From Nitrospinota bacterium (GTDB taxonomy: Bacteria > UBA8248), in the NCBI GenBank assembly GCA_036231405.1, contig JAZAHK010000046.1, positions 189,706-253,705 on the forward strand: a DNA stretch of 64,000 nucleotides. Direction: 5' to 3'. Each line of letters starts with the position of its first letter. Within the stretch, counting starts at the first letter, position 1. The notes under the pieces were generated by a model. That model was not told the DNA's origin, searched no databases, and saw only the letters and a program-made list of their open reading frames with translations. Shown piece by piece: positions 19,788-30,331 of this stretch. A program made the translations under genes and the position numbers.

Positions 19788-20786
19788 TTGGCTTCGAGTT
19801 CAAAGAAAAATTCTAATTCAAAGGTTGTAAAATCTTCCCTTGGGAAAAGAGAACTCAATAAGATGTACCGAAACATGTTAAGGATTCGGAAGTTTGAAGA
19901 AAAAACTGATGAATTATTTATGGGGGGAAAGATTAAAGGAGCTGTCCACGTAAGTATAGGACAAGAGGCCTGTTCTGTGGGTGTTTGTTCCGCACTTAAT
20001 CAAGATGATGCAATACTCACTACCCATCGTGGTCACGGTCACTCGATAGCCAAAGGTACACGATTAAAAGAAATGATGGCGGAGTTGCTTGGGAAATCTA
20101 CCGGTTTATGTAAGGCAAGAGGTGGTTCTATGCATATCGCGGATATTTCTAAAGGACATTTTGGAGCGCATTCAATTGTGGGTGCTAATATGCCTATGGC
20201 TGCTGGCATGGGGTTAGCTTATCAACTAGAGGGAAAGGGTAGGGTTGTGGTCGTTTTCTTTGGTGACGGCGCATCTAATCAAGGAAGTTTTCATGAGTCT
20301 ATGAATTTATGTTCGATTTGGAAACTACCTGTGATTTTCTTCTGTGAGAATAACCATTATGCGGTTTCTTTTCATGTTGAGCGGTCTACTTCTGTTTCGG
20401 ATATTAGTGTTAGAGCGCAAGGTTATAATGCTCCAGGGATAACAGTAGATGGGATGGACGTGGTTTCTGTATATGAAACTACTGTTCAGGCGGTTGAAAG
20501 AGCAAGAAGAGGTGAAGGTCCGACTCTTATTGAAGCAAAGACATACCGATTCTTTGGACACTCAAGAGGAGATCCTCAATTTGGGCCTTATAGGACTAAA
20601 GAGGAAGTAGACGAATGGCGTAAACGTGATCCTTTACTGCTTGCAGAAAAATTGCTGTCCTTAACGAAAATACAGAAGAAAGTCCATTTGGATTCTGTGA
20701 CGAAAGAAATGAAGGTGGCTCTAAATTTTGCAGAATCTAGTCCAGAAGCCACATTAGAATCTGCTTTAGAAGATATTTTTGCTTGA
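19788..20786 (+). CDS. TPP-dependent dehydrogenase E1 alpha subunit (acetoin/pyruvate dehydrogenase family)
   Basis: THRGHGH, GGSMH, GDGASNQG and TYRFFGHS motifs; likely TTG start at 19788 after AGGAGG. Confidence 0.92.
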   Translation: MASSSKKNSNSKVVKSSLGKRELNKMYRNMLRIRKFEEKTDELFMGGKIKGAVHVSIGQEACSVGVCSALNQDDAILTTHRGHGHSIAKGTRLKEMMAELLGKSTGLCKARGGSMHIADISKGHFGAHSIVGANMPMAAGMGLAYQLEGKGRVVVVFFGDGASNQGSFHESMNLCSIWKLPVIFFCENNHYAVSFHVERSTSVSDISVRAQGYNAPGITVDGMDVVSVYETTVQAVERARRGEGPTLIEAKTYRFFGHSRGDPQFGPYRTKEEVDEWRKRDPLLLAEKLLSLTKIQKKVHLDSVTKEMKVALNFAESSPEATLESALEDIFA

Positions 20787-20817
20787 TTTTCGATACACGC
20801 GTATGGAGTTTTGATTA

Positions 20818-21798
20818 ATGAGAGAAATTAATTTTGTTGATGCCCTTAACGAAGCTCATTTTGAGGAAATGGATGCGAATGAAAAAGTAATAGTAATGGG
20901 AGAAGATGTAGAATTAGCGTACGTATTCGGTGTTTCAAAAGGACTTGCAGATCGTTTCGGTAAAGATAGAGTTCGTGATACCCCTATTAGTGAATTGGGT
21001 ATAGTGGGTGCTGGAGTAGGTGCCGCGATGGCGGGGTATCGACCAATTGTAGAAATAATGTTTATGGATTTCATTATGTTGGCAATGGATCCGTTAGTTA
21101 ACCAAGCTGCTAAGCTTCGTTACATGCTTGGGGGACAAATAAGTGTCCCATTGGTAGTCAGAACTCCAGGGGGTGGAGGGGTTCAGTATGGCCCAACTCA
21201 TAGCCAATGTTTAGAGGCGTGGTTCATGCAAGTACCTGGTATCAAAGTTGCCGTTCCAAGTGATCCAGCAGATGCAAAAGGTCTTATGAAGTCGGCAATA
21301 CGGGATGATAATCCTGTTGTTTTTGTGGAACATAAGATGCTTTATAAATTAAAAGGAGAAGTTCCTGAAGGTGATCATGTAGTTCCCTTTGGGAAAGCTG
21401 CAGTTAAGCGCCTAGGTACTGATATCACTCTAGTGGGAGTTGGATATCAAGTGCAGAACTGTTTGGCTGCCGCAGATGTTTTAGAAAGTGAAGGAGTTAG
21501 TGTGGAGATTATTGATCCCAGGACAATTGCTCCTCTTGATATCTCTACGATTTCCGAATCTGTAAGAAAAACCAATCGATGTGTAATAGTGGAGGAAGGT
21601 CATTTGAGGAGTGGTGTTGGGTCTGAGATTTCTGCTTCCATACAAGAGGAGGTTTTTGATTATCTTGATGCTCCGATTGCAAGGGTAGCGGCCCTAAATG
21701 CTCCAATTCCTTTTGAACCTAAACTTGAAGATTTTATTTTGCCGAATCCCGATAATATAGTAGAGACGTCCAGAAAAGTTTTGGGTGTTACTATCTAA
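20818..21798 (+). CDS. 2-oxoacid/acetoin dehydrogenase E1 beta subunit
   Basis: DTPISE, EIMFMDF, HSQCLEAW and FVEHKMLY motifs. Confidence 0.92.
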   Translation: MREINFVDALNEAHFEEMDANEKVIVMGEDVELAYVFGVSKGLADRFGKDRVRDTPISELGIVGAGVGAAMAGYRPIVEIMFMDFIMLAMDPLVNQAAKLRYMLGGQISVPLVVRTPGGGGVQYGPTHSQCLEAWFMQVPGIKVAVPSDPADAKGLMKSAIRDDNPVVFVEHKMLYKLKGEVPEGDHVVPFGKAAVKRLGTDITLVGVGYQVQNCLAAADVLESEGVSVEIIDPRTIAPLDISTISESVRKTNRCVIVEEGHLRSGVGSEISASIQEEVFDYLDAPIARVAALNAPIPFEPKLEDFILPNPDNIVETSRKVLGVTI

Positions 21799-21910
21799 AG
21801 TTTCATTTCTTGGTTTTCTATTTAAAAAAATATATATAAAGTTTGCTTTTAATTTTATGTAGAATTTCCATCTTTCCGTTTCTGCATATTAGGATTACAT
21901 TGGAGGTGAA

Positions 21911-23251
21911 ATGAGTAGGCAAAGATGGTTTATTCTAGCATCAATAATAGTCTTGGCTAGTTCTTTTTTCTTGTTCAAGAAACTTATTAAGAATGAACCT
22001 ATCCCTAAGAAGAAGAATTCAAAGGTTTTAGGAAGTTTGGTAAAAACTTTTGAGGTAGAAAAGAAGAACAGAATCTTTTGGGTCTCTGGTTTTGGAACTG
22101 TGAAACCTAAGACTGAGATTAAGATCATTCCTGAGGTGTCTGGAAGAGTGATTTTTCGCTCAAAAAAATTTAGGAAAGGCGCATTTGTAAAAAAAGGTCA
22201 ATTACTCTTCCAAGTTGACCCAGTAAGCTACAACCTTTCTGTTAGGCAAAAAAGGGCTGAGATCGGAAAACTGAAATCAGACATCAAACACTTAATTCAG
22301 TCAAAGAACAATTTTCAAGCAGACCTTGATATAGCCATCAGACATTTAAACGTAATTAAGAAAGAACTAGATAGGAAGAGAAAAATAAGGCAAAAGCAAG
22401 TTATTTCGCAGCAACAATTTGAAAGAGTTGTGGAGTCTTATTTGAGGCAAGAAAGAGTAGTACAGTCTGTGAAAAATAGTTTAGCTTTAATTCCATCGAA
22501 ATTAGAACAGAAAAGAAAATCTGTCGATATAGTTAGGGTAGAACTAGATAGGTCTTTAATTGATTTGAAAAAAACTAAGTTTTACGCCCCTTTTGACTCT
22601 AGAGTCAGCCAAGCAGAAGTGGAAGTTGGAGATTATTTACAGCAAGGAAATTTATATGGAAGGATATATGAAACTTCCTCTGTTGAAATTTCAGTTTCTA
22701 TCCCGGTGGAGGAGGCTCGCTGGGTTTTCCCAAAACTGCGTTTTAAAAACTTAGAGGATTCTAAAAAGAATGATAAGAAAGTTTTTCCTTTTGCTGAAAT
22801 AAAATGGAATAAATTTGGAAAATCCTTCAAATGGAAGGGAAGAGTTTCAAGGGTGGATGCAGGCCTTGATAGTTCGACGCGCACTCTTTCGCTTATTGTA
22901 GAGGTTGTGAATACTTCAGAAATTTTATCGGGTCATCCCGTCACACCATTGACCGTAGGAATGTTTGTTTCTGTCAGGATCAAAGGTATTTTAGTTTCAC
23001 AGGTTTATGCTCTTCCCCGCTTTGCTGTCCGAAGTTTGACAATAAAAGGGAAACTTTCTAATACGGTTTTTCTTTATAGAAACGCAAAGCTCAAAATAAA
23101 GAGTGTGGATATACTAAGAAAAACAATGAATCAAGTTTTTGTTAAAAAAGGCCTCCAAGACGGAGATAAGGTGATAGTCTCTCCTTTACCTGACGCTGTA
23201 GATGGAATGAAACTAAGGAATATTCAATCTGGTGATAAAAGGAAATCATGA
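21911..23251 (+). CDS. RND efflux membrane fusion (periplasmic adaptor) protein
   Basis: N-terminal anchor, PEVSGRV, long coiled coil, APFDSRV and GLQDGDKVI. Confidence 0.88.
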   Translation: MSRQRWFILASIIVLASSFFLFKKLIKNEPIPKKKNSKVLGSLVKTFEVEKKNRIFWVSGFGTVKPKTEIKIIPEVSGRVIFRSKKFRKGAFVKKGQLLFQVDPVSYNLSVRQKRAEIGKLKSDIKHLIQSKNNFQADLDIAIRHLNVIKKELDRKRKIRQKQVISQQQFERVVESYLRQERVVQSVKNSLALIPSKLEQKRKSVDIVRVELDRSLIDLKKTKFYAPFDSRVSQAEVEVGDYLQQGNLYGRIYETSSVEISVSIPVEEARWVFPKLRFKNLEDSKKNDKKVFPFAEIKWNKFGKSFKWKGRVSRVDAGLDSSTRTLSLIVEVVNTSEILSGHPVTPLTVGMFVSVRIKGILVSQVYALPRFAVRSLTIKGKLSNTVFLYRNAKLKIKSVDILRKTMNQVFVKKGLQDGDKVIVSPLPDAVDGMKLRNIQSGDKRKS

Positions 23252-23252
23252 G

Positions 23253-26200
23253 ATGAGTAATCTTATTTCATGGACCGCCAGAAATTCTGTTTTTGCAAAT
23301 CTTCTAATGATAATACTAATCATTTTTGGTCTTTTTTCTCTGTGGAATATTAGAAGTGAACTAATCCCTCAATTTTCTCTTGATAGGATACGTGTGGATG
23401 TTCAATGGGATGGTTCAAGCCCCGAAGAAGTTGAAAAGGGAATTTGCGTTAAGGTAGAAGAATCTTTATCGAAAGTAGAAGGAATTAAAAAAATTACCTC
23501 TTTAGCTTTGGAGAGCCGTTGTTCTACAGTTATTCAGGTTGAATCTTGGAAGACCCCTATTAAAGTTATGGAAGATGTAAAGGATCAGGTTAATCGTATT
23601 AATACATTTCCTGAAGAAGTAGAAAGGCCACTTATTACAGAGGTGAAACAAATGCATCAGGTGATTCACCTTTCTCTATTTGGTGATGTAAGCGAATCAG
23701 TTTTAAAAAGAAAGTCTCAGGAAATAAAAGATGAACTTTTGCTTTTAAGTGGGATTTCTAGAGTAGTTATTGGTGGTCTTCGTAATTGGGAAATCTCTAT
23801 TGAAGTTTCCGAAGAAAATTTAAGGAGATACGATCTAACTTTTGAAAAACTTTCAGAAATTATCAAGAAAAACGTTTTAGAATTAACTGGTGGAGATATA
23901 CGTTCTAAACAAAACAGGATTAGAATCCGAACAGTCGGAAAATTATATACAGGATTAGAGTTTGAAAAACTTGAACTTTTGGTGAAAAAAGATGGGACTA
24001 TTTTAAGGCTTGCTGATGTAGCAACCGTGGTAGATAGTTTCGATGAGTTGGATACATCTGGAAGGTTTAATGGCAAGCCAGCATCCCTGATTAGTGTTTA
24101 TAGAACGGAGGATGAAGATGCATTAAAAATATCAGAGACTGTCAAAAAGTATGTGAGAAAGAAAAAAACATTACTGTCAGATGGACTCGATTTGAATTTT
24201 TGGGGTGACACGTCACGGATGATTCAAGATAGACTTAGTCTACTCCTTAGGAATGGAAGAACTGGTCTTATCCTTGTTTTCCTGTCTTTATGGTTATTTT
24301 TAAATATTCGTCTATCTTTCTGGGTTGCTATGGGGCTTCCTGTTGCACTTATGTCTGCGTTAGGTTTTATAACTTTTGTTGGTGGTACTTTGAATATGAT
24401 TTCGATGTTTGCATTTATTATGGTACTCGGAATTTTGGTTGATGATGCGATAGTGATTGCAGAGAACATTTTTTCACATATGCAAAGAGGGGAAAATTTC
24501 ATTGATGCCTCTATTAATGGGACAAAAGAAGTTGCTTTTCCTGTAATAGCTACCGTTACAACAACGATTGTTGCTTTTATCCCTCTCATGATGGTTTCTG
24601 GAACAATGGGAAAATTTATGAAAATTATCCCCATTGCGGTTATAGCTGCCCTCATTGCATCAGTTATTGAAGCATTTTTCATTTTACCCAATCATCTTGC
24701 ACATTGGATTAAGTTGCCGACCCTTGGAACTTTAGGAAATAGAATTCGAAATTATGTTGATCAAGTAATTCACTTTTTAATACAAAGAATTTACAAACCT
24801 TTTCTCATTCTATGTTTGAAAGGCAGGTACCTTGTATTGTCTTCTGGCTTCGCGATTCTTCTTTTAACTGTAGGTCTAGTTCTAGGTGGACATATTCGTT
24901 TTTATTTTTTTCCCAATTTTGATTCTGATTGGATCCAAGCGAAATTATTGTTTCAAAGAGGTACCCCTATAGAACAGACTTCTAAGGCTATGAAAAAATT
25001 GGAAAAGGCAGTTATGGATTCAAGTGCTAATTTCGAAAAAGAAACTGGAAAAAAAATAGTAAAGCAAGTTTTTACGATTCTTGGCGAGCAAATTATTCCT
25101 AATAGATTTGGGGTAAAAGGTTCTCATGCTGCGCATCTCATAGTGGAAATGTTGCCTTCCGAGGAAAGAGGCATTAATAGTTCAGAGGTAATTAACGATT
25201 GGAGAAGGCGAGCAGGCGAAATCCCAGGTGTTGTAAGTTTAATATATGGGAGAACGGGCGCAAGACCTCCTGGTGGGAAACCTATAGAAATTGGGATTTC
25301 CGGGCAAAACATTTCTGAATTAAGAGTAGTTTCAAATCTATTAAAAAAAGAGTTGTTAAAATTTTCTGGTGTTTTTGATATAGAAAATGATTTCAGGCCT
25401 GGTAAGATGGAGATTCAGACAGTTCTTAAACCACAAGCTAGGGTCTTGGGTGTGAACTTAGATGATTTGGCGAGACAGTTACGCTCACGTTTTTTTGGGT
25501 TAGAGGTAATTCGTCTGCAGAGAGGAAACGATGAAGTTAAAGTAAAACTTCGATATCCTAGAAAAGAAAGGAATGCCATCGCAGATATTGAAAACATGAG
25601 GATTAAAACTCGAACAGGTTCAGAAATTCCTTTTTATGAAGTTGCAAACATTAAGATGGTTAGAGGATTAGACGAGATTAAAAGGGTTGATAAAAAACGG
25701 TTTATTACTGTAAGCGGTGAAGTAAATGATCAAATAGCTAATCCTTCTGAAATAATTTCAAATCTAAAACGTGAAATTTTAACTAGATTAGAAATAAGAT
25801 TTCCGGAAGTTCGTTTCCAATTTGAAGGCCAAGCAAGAGAGACGAGAGAGTCGATTGGTAGTTTAGGAAGAGGTTTTGTTTTTGCATATCTTTTAATATA
25901 CACAATCCTCGCACTCTTATTCAGGAGTTATTTCCAACCCATTGTTGTAATGTGTGCTATTCCTTTTGGATTCGTAGGAGCTGTTTCGGGTCATATGATA
26001 ATGGGTTATGACATTTCAATTCTAAGTCTTATGGGTGTAGTTGCGCTTTCAGGTGTAGTAGTAAATGATTCTCTAGTTTTTTTAGATTTTGTGAATCGAT
26101 TTCTAAAGGAAGGTTTTACTTATGAGAAAGCTCTTCTGCAGGCTGGGATTTCTAGATGGAGAGCTATAGTCTTGACAACTTTAACGACTGCTTCAGGACT

Positions 26201-26411
26201 TGGTCCAATGTTATTGGAAAAAAGTTTTCAGGCACAGTTTCTTATTCCGATGGCGATTAGTTTGTGTTTTGGTCTCATGTTTGCGACTTTAATCACACTA
26301 ATTTTAGTGCCAGTTATTTCTCTAATCGGGAATGATATTTCATTGTTTTATAGATGGATAAATACTGGCAAATGGTTTTCACGTGAAGAGGTTGATTCTC
26401 ACTCAAGGTAA
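23253..26411 (+). CDS. AcrB/AcrD/AcrF-family RND transporter
   Basis: About 1050 aa; GILVDDAIVIAENI, GVVVNDSLV and RWRAIVLTTLTT motifs; likely start ATG 23253. Confidence 0.93.
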   Translation: MSNLISWTARNSVFANLLMIILIIFGLFSLWNIRSELIPQFSLDRIRVDVQWDGSSPEEVEKGICVKVEESLSKVEGIKKITSLALESRCSTVIQVESWKTPIKVMEDVKDQVNRINTFPEEVERPLITEVKQMHQVIHLSLFGDVSESVLKRKSQEIKDELLLLSGISRVVIGGLRNWEISIEVSEENLRRYDLTFEKLSEIIKKNVLELTGGDIRSKQNRIRIRTVGKLYTGLEFEKLELLVKKDGTILRLADVATVVDSFDELDTSGRFNGKPASLISVYRTEDEDALKISETVKKYVRKKKTLLSDGLDLNFWGDTSRMIQDRLSLLLRNGRTGLILVFLSLWLFLNIRLSFWVAMGLPVALMSALGFITFVGGTLNMISMFAFIMVLGILVDDAIVIAENIFSHMQRGENFIDASINGTKEVAFPVIATVTTTIVAFIPLMMVSGTMGKFMKIIPIAVIAALIASVIEAFFILPNHLAHWIKLPTLGTLGNRIRNYVDQVIHFLIQRIYKPFLILCLKGRYLVLSSGFAILLLTVGLVLGGHIRFYFFPNFDSDWIQAKLLFQRGTPIEQTSKAMKKLEKAVMDSSANFEKETGKKIVKQVFTILGEQIIPNRFGVKGSHAAHLIVEMLPSEERGINSSEVINDWRRRAGEIPGVVSLIYGRTGARPPGGKPIEIGISGQNISELRVVSNLLKKELLKFSGVFDIENDFRPGKMEIQTVLKPQARVLGVNLDDLARQLRSRFFGLEVIRLQRGNDEVKVKLRYPRKERNAIADIENMRIKTRTGSEIPFYEVANIKMVRGLDEIKRVDKKRFITVSGEVNDQIANPSEIISNLKREILTRLEIRFPEVRFQFEGQARETRESIGSLGRGFVFAYLLIYTILALLFRSYFQPIVVMCAIPFGFVGAVSGHMIMGYDISILSLMGVVALSGVVVNDSLVFLDFVNRFLKEGFTYEKALLQAGISRWRAIVLTTLTTASGLGPMLLEKSFQAQFLIPMAISLCFGLMFATLITLILVPVISLIGNDISLFYRWINTGKWFSREEVDSHSR

Positions 26412-26501
26412 TTGAAGTTTAAATAGAATTGGTATTATGAGGATTTGTTTATGTTAATGTACAATAAACTCATCATTTTAATTTTGTCTAGGAGGTAGAT
26501 T

Positions 26502-27602
26502 TTGCCGGATCTTGATCAGATTCAGTACGGTGAAAATGTTGACGAAAGCATGGAAGCTGTTATTTTAAATGCTCCAGGAGAGTTGGAAGTCAAGGCGGTT
26601 CCTACTCCTGTTCCTGGACCTTCAGAAGTTCTTGTACATGTACAATGTACTACCATTTGCGGAACTGATATTGAGATAATAAAGGGTAACCACTTACCTC
26701 GTTGGCCAAGGCATTTCCCCGCCATACTTGGACATGAATGGTCCGGTAGGATCGTTGCTCTTGGCCCTACGACTGAGGCTTCTAATTTTGAAATTGGAGA
26801 TCATGTTGCAGGTACAAGTCACGCAGGTTGTGGTGCTTGTCGATCTTGCTTAACTGGACGCTATAATTTATGTCTTAATTATGGGAATGATTCTACAGGG
26901 CACAGACAATACGGTCATGTTTCACAGGGAACTTATGCGGAGTATGTAGTTAATAATATTCGTTCTTTACATAAGATGCCGCAAGAACTTCCTTTTGAAT
27001 TTGGTTCTGCTGTTGATCCTATAGGATGTGGCCTTTGGACAGTTAAGAGAGCTTCAGTGAATCCTGGTGATACTGTAGTAGTTTTAGGTTCTGGTCCGAT
27101 TGGAGTTTTTGCCTATGAGTGCGCAAGGGCTCTTGGTGCTGGTAGAATCATTGTAGTTGGTGGAGGTAGGAGATTAGAAATTTTGTCTGAACAAGGGGCT
27201 GAGGTCGTGAATTACAGAGAGGGTCAGGTTCCTGAGAAGATAGATGATATGACTGATGGCAAGAAGGCACAAGTTGTTTTAGAGACCGCCGGAACGACAG
27301 ATAGTTTTAAATGGACGGTTGATTGTGCAGGAAAAGGGGCTCGAATTGCTATCACCGGAATTCCAGATAATATTCCTGATCTTGCTTGGAAGAGAGTTGT
27401 CCTTGAAGAAATGGATATCACAGGGGTACGAGCGAATCCGAATTGTGGCGATGAAGTTATCTCTTTAATAGAAAATAAGAGGATACAGGTGAAACCTTAT
27501 ATTACTCATAGTTTCCCTTTGCGAGAATATCAAAGAGCACATGACGTATTTGTTGCAAGGGAAGACGGTGCATTATTGGTGAATCTATATCCGGGAACTT
27601 AA
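26502..27602 (+). CDS. Zn-dependent alcohol/polyol dehydrogenase (MDR family)
   Basis: [23 protein letters not shown] and GSGPIG motifs. Confidence 0.9.
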   Translation: MPDLDQIQYGENVDESMEAVILNAPGELEVKAVPTPVPGPSEVLVHVQCTTICGTDIEIIKGNHLPRWPRHFPAILGHEWSGRIVALGPTTEASNFEIGDHVAGTSHAGCGACRSCLTGRYNLCLNYGNDSTGHRQYGHVSQGTYAEYVVNNIRSLHKMPQELPFEFGSAVDPIGCGLWTVKRASVNPGDTVVVLGSGPIGVFAYECARALGAGRIIVVGGGRRLEILSEQGAEVVNYREGQVPEKIDDMTDGKKAQVVLETAGTTDSFKWTVDCAGKGARIAITGIPDNIPDLAWKRVVLEEMDITGVRANPNCGDEVISLIENKRIQVKPYITHSFPLREYQRAHDVFVAREDGALLVNLYPGT

Positions 27603-27616
27603 CAAAAGGAAGATTA

Positions 27617-28012
27617 ATGGATAGAGAATTAAAATACGGAGCAAAAATGATTTCTGAGGCAAAATTAGAATCTGTTCCCAATCCTTGGGATAAGAGGGAT
27701 TATGTTATTTCTTTTACCATTCCCGAATTTACTTGTTTATGTCCGATTAGCAATTTCCCAGATTTTGCTACAATTAATATTGATTATGTGCCCGGGAAAA
27801 AAATTTTAGAATTGAAGTCTTTGAAACTGTATATTAATCGATTCCGAAATGAAGAACATTTTCATGAGGAAGTTGTAAATCTAATACTTGATGATTTCGT
27901 AGTTTGCTGTGAGCCTAAATGGGTAAAAATTGAAGGCGATTTTAATGTAAGAGGTAACATCAAAACTAAAGTTCATGCTATACATGGAGTGAAGCCTTCT
28001 AATTGTGATTAA
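27617..28012 (+). CDS. queF: NADPH-dependent preQ0 (7-cyano-7-deazaguanine) reductase, short form
   Basis: [24 protein letters not shown] and FNVRG motifs. Confidence 0.92.
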   Translation: MDRELKYGAKMISEAKLESVPNPWDKRDYVISFTIPEFTCLCPISNFPDFATINIDYVPGKKILELKSLKLYINRFRNEEHFHEEVVNLILDDFVVCCEPKWVKIEGDFNVRGNIKTKVHAIHGVKPSNCD

Positions 28013-28029
28013 ATATTTTGGGGATTTTT

Positions 28030-30306
28030 ATGTCAGATTATAAAGTTGCAGGAAAAGGATTTTCTAGAATTGATGCTTCTGACAAGGTTCTTGGCACTGC
28101 TAGGTTTGCTGCTGACAACATAAGTACTAGAACCTTAATTGGAATGATTGTGGGAAGTAAACATGCGTATGCAAAAGTGATAAGTGTAGATGTTAGTAAA
28201 GCGATTAAAATTCCTGGGGTACGAGTAGTTTTAACACGAGAGGATTGTCCAGATAATAGATTCGGTGGTTCCATTAAGGATAGATCTTGGTTCGCAAAAG
28301 ATGGGTATGTGAGATTTGAAGGTGACCCTGTCGCTGCAATTGCAGCTGAGAGCCGTGAAGCCGCAATTGCAGCTTCTGAGGCAATAGAAATTAAATATAA
28401 AGTATTGGAACCTGTAGTCAGTGCACTAAGTGCAAGGAAAGGCGAAGGTCCAATTATACATAAGAATTGGAAAAATCTTAATCTTGGACCCGAGAGTGAT
28501 GGAAGGGTTATTGCACGATTTGAAAAAGGAATTGGAGAACTTGAAGAAGCGTTAGAAATGTCTGATTTCGTTTTCGAGCATACTTTTCAGACGTCTTATG
28601 TACATGCGGCTTACTTAGAACCACATGCTTGTTTAGTCGAGCCAAGTGGAGATGGAAAAGTTACAATCCTGACTTCCACTCAATCACCGTTTGACATTAG
28701 AAATGGTGTTTGTGATGCGTTAGGTTTGCCTCATACAAAGGTAAGAGTGATTCCAACGGAAATAGGAGGTGGTTTTGGAGCAAAAATTAGATCCACAGTG
28801 GAACATATAGTTGCTCTTTTGGCTTTAAAGACGAATAGACCAATACATTATGAAATGAGTCGTGAAGATGATCATCGAATAGTTAATCCTCGTCACCCAC
28901 ATGTGATAAATATAAAAACAGGAGTTACTAAAGATGGAAAAATAATTGCACGTGACATAGATGTCACAATGGACCATGGAGCTTACGCGGATGCTGCTCC
29001 GATGCAATGTAGTAGTAAAATGGCTCTTGCTACTAGTACATATCACATCCCTAATTTCCGAATTAAAGCATGTACGACTTATACCAATGGTCCCGTTTCT
29101 GGACCTGTTCGTGCTCCTAGTGGACCTCAATATCATTATGCTATGGAAGTACATACAGATATTATTGCTAGAGAGATGGGAATCGATCCTGTAGAGTTCC
29201 GAAGGAAGAATGCTTTACAACCTGGAGACAAGATTGTTCCTTCTGGTGGGCCTTATGCTGATGGGGAATATAAAGAAGGCTCTATAAGAGATGTTTTAGA
29301 AAAGGTAGTTGAGGAAGGAGATTGGGGTGATCCAATAGATTTGGATCCTTCGCTCAGTGCTGAAGGATGGGTGCCTGGAAGAGGGATAGCGTTTGGGTAT
29401 TGGCCTGGACCAGGTGGTGCAGCAAGTTGTTCTATACGCCTTAATGATGATGGAAGTTTTCATGTTGTGGGTGGGTCTGTCAACCTGACAGGTTCGAGCA
29501 CTTCCCTTTGTCAACTAGCCGCAGAAGAACTTGGGGTTGGACTTGATAAAGTTCGATTTGACACTGGCGACACAGACACAGCTCCAGAATCGATTCGTGC
29601 CGCAGGCAGTATGGTAACCCGTTCGCTTGGGGCCGCAGTTTTGAAAGCTGCTAAAGATGCACGTTCTAAAATTTTGAAAGTGGCATCTTCTAAACTAGAG
29701 GCAAATCCTGAGGATCTTGTAATAGAGGATGGTCATGTTTTTGTGAAATCTTCTCCAGATCGTTCTATTAGCTTATCCGCAGTAGCTAAATCAGCACCGC
29801 AACTTCATGGCTTTATTTTAGGAGAAGGTGAAAGTGAAGCTCCACCACCTTGTCCTATTTATACAGCACAAATTGCTGAGGTTGCAGTGAACCCTGAAAT
29901 TGGGGAAATCAAAGTTCTGCGCTTGCTTTGTGCTCAAGACGTTGGTTTTGCTATTAATCCTCTTTCTGTTGCAGGACAAATTGAAGGTGCAATGATTCAG
30001 GGAATGGGTATGGCCTTATTAGAAAAGTTATCTCAGAATCTTGATGGGAAGCTTTCAGGTGAGAGTTTACATGATTATTTATTGCCTACGAGTCTTGATT
30101 TGCCGAAACTTGAAGTCTTTTTACTTGAAAATCCTGCTGAAGGAACCCCTTACGGAGCACGTGGAGTTGGAGAGCCGCCGATTTGTGCGACAGCTGCAGC
30201 AATTGGCAACGCCATACAGGATGCTGTTGGAGCCACTATTTTTTCAATACCAGTTTCCCCAGACGATATAAAAGAAGCTATGGGGTCACTCGAAAAAGTT
30301 TCTTGA
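28030..30306 (+). CDS. Xanthine dehydrogenase/CoxL-family molybdopterin-binding large subunit
   Basis: YLEPH, IGGGFGAK, QIEGAMIQGMG and ARGVGEPP motifs; likely start ATG 28030. Confidence 0.92.
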   Translation: MSDYKVAGKGFSRIDASDKVLGTARFAADNISTRTLIGMIVGSKHAYAKVISVDVSKAIKIPGVRVVLTREDCPDNRFGGSIKDRSWFAKDGYVRFEGDPVAAIAAESREAAIAASEAIEIKYKVLEPVVSALSARKGEGPIIHKNWKNLNLGPESDGRVIARFEKGIGELEEALEMSDFVFEHTFQTSYVHAAYLEPHACLVEPSGDGKVTILTSTQSPFDIRNGVCDALGLPHTKVRVIPTEIGGGFGAKIRSTVEHIVALLALKTNRPIHYEMSREDDHRIVNPRHPHVINIKTGVTKDGKIIARDIDVTMDHGAYADAAPMQCSSKMALATSTYHIPNFRIKACTTYTNGPVSGPVRAPSGPQYHYAMEVHTDIIAREMGIDPVEFRRKNALQPGDKIVPSGGPYADGEYKEGSIRDVLEKVVEEGDWGDPIDLDPSLSAEGWVPGRGIAFGYWPGPGGAASCSIRLNDDGSFHVVGGSVNLTGSSTSLCQLAAEELGVGLDKVRFDTGDTDTAPESIRAAGSMVTRSLGAAVLKAAKDARSKILKVASSKLEANPEDLVIEDGHVFVKSSPDRSISLSAVAKSAPQLHGFILGEGESEAPPPCPIYTAQIAEVAVNPEIGEIKVLRLLCAQDVGFAINPLSVAGQIEGAMIQGMGMALLEKLSQNLDGKLSGESLHDYLLPTSLDLPKLEVFLLENPAEGTPYGARGVGEPPICATAAAIGNAIQDAVGATIFSIPVSPDDIKEAMGSLEKVS

Positions 30307-30331
30307 TTAAACTATAGGAGGATTCTTTGAA

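Noticed and set aside
28030-30306. Aerobic CO dehydrogenase CoxL
   Set aside because: No AYxCSFR or AYxGAGR loop and no coxM/coxS neighbours.
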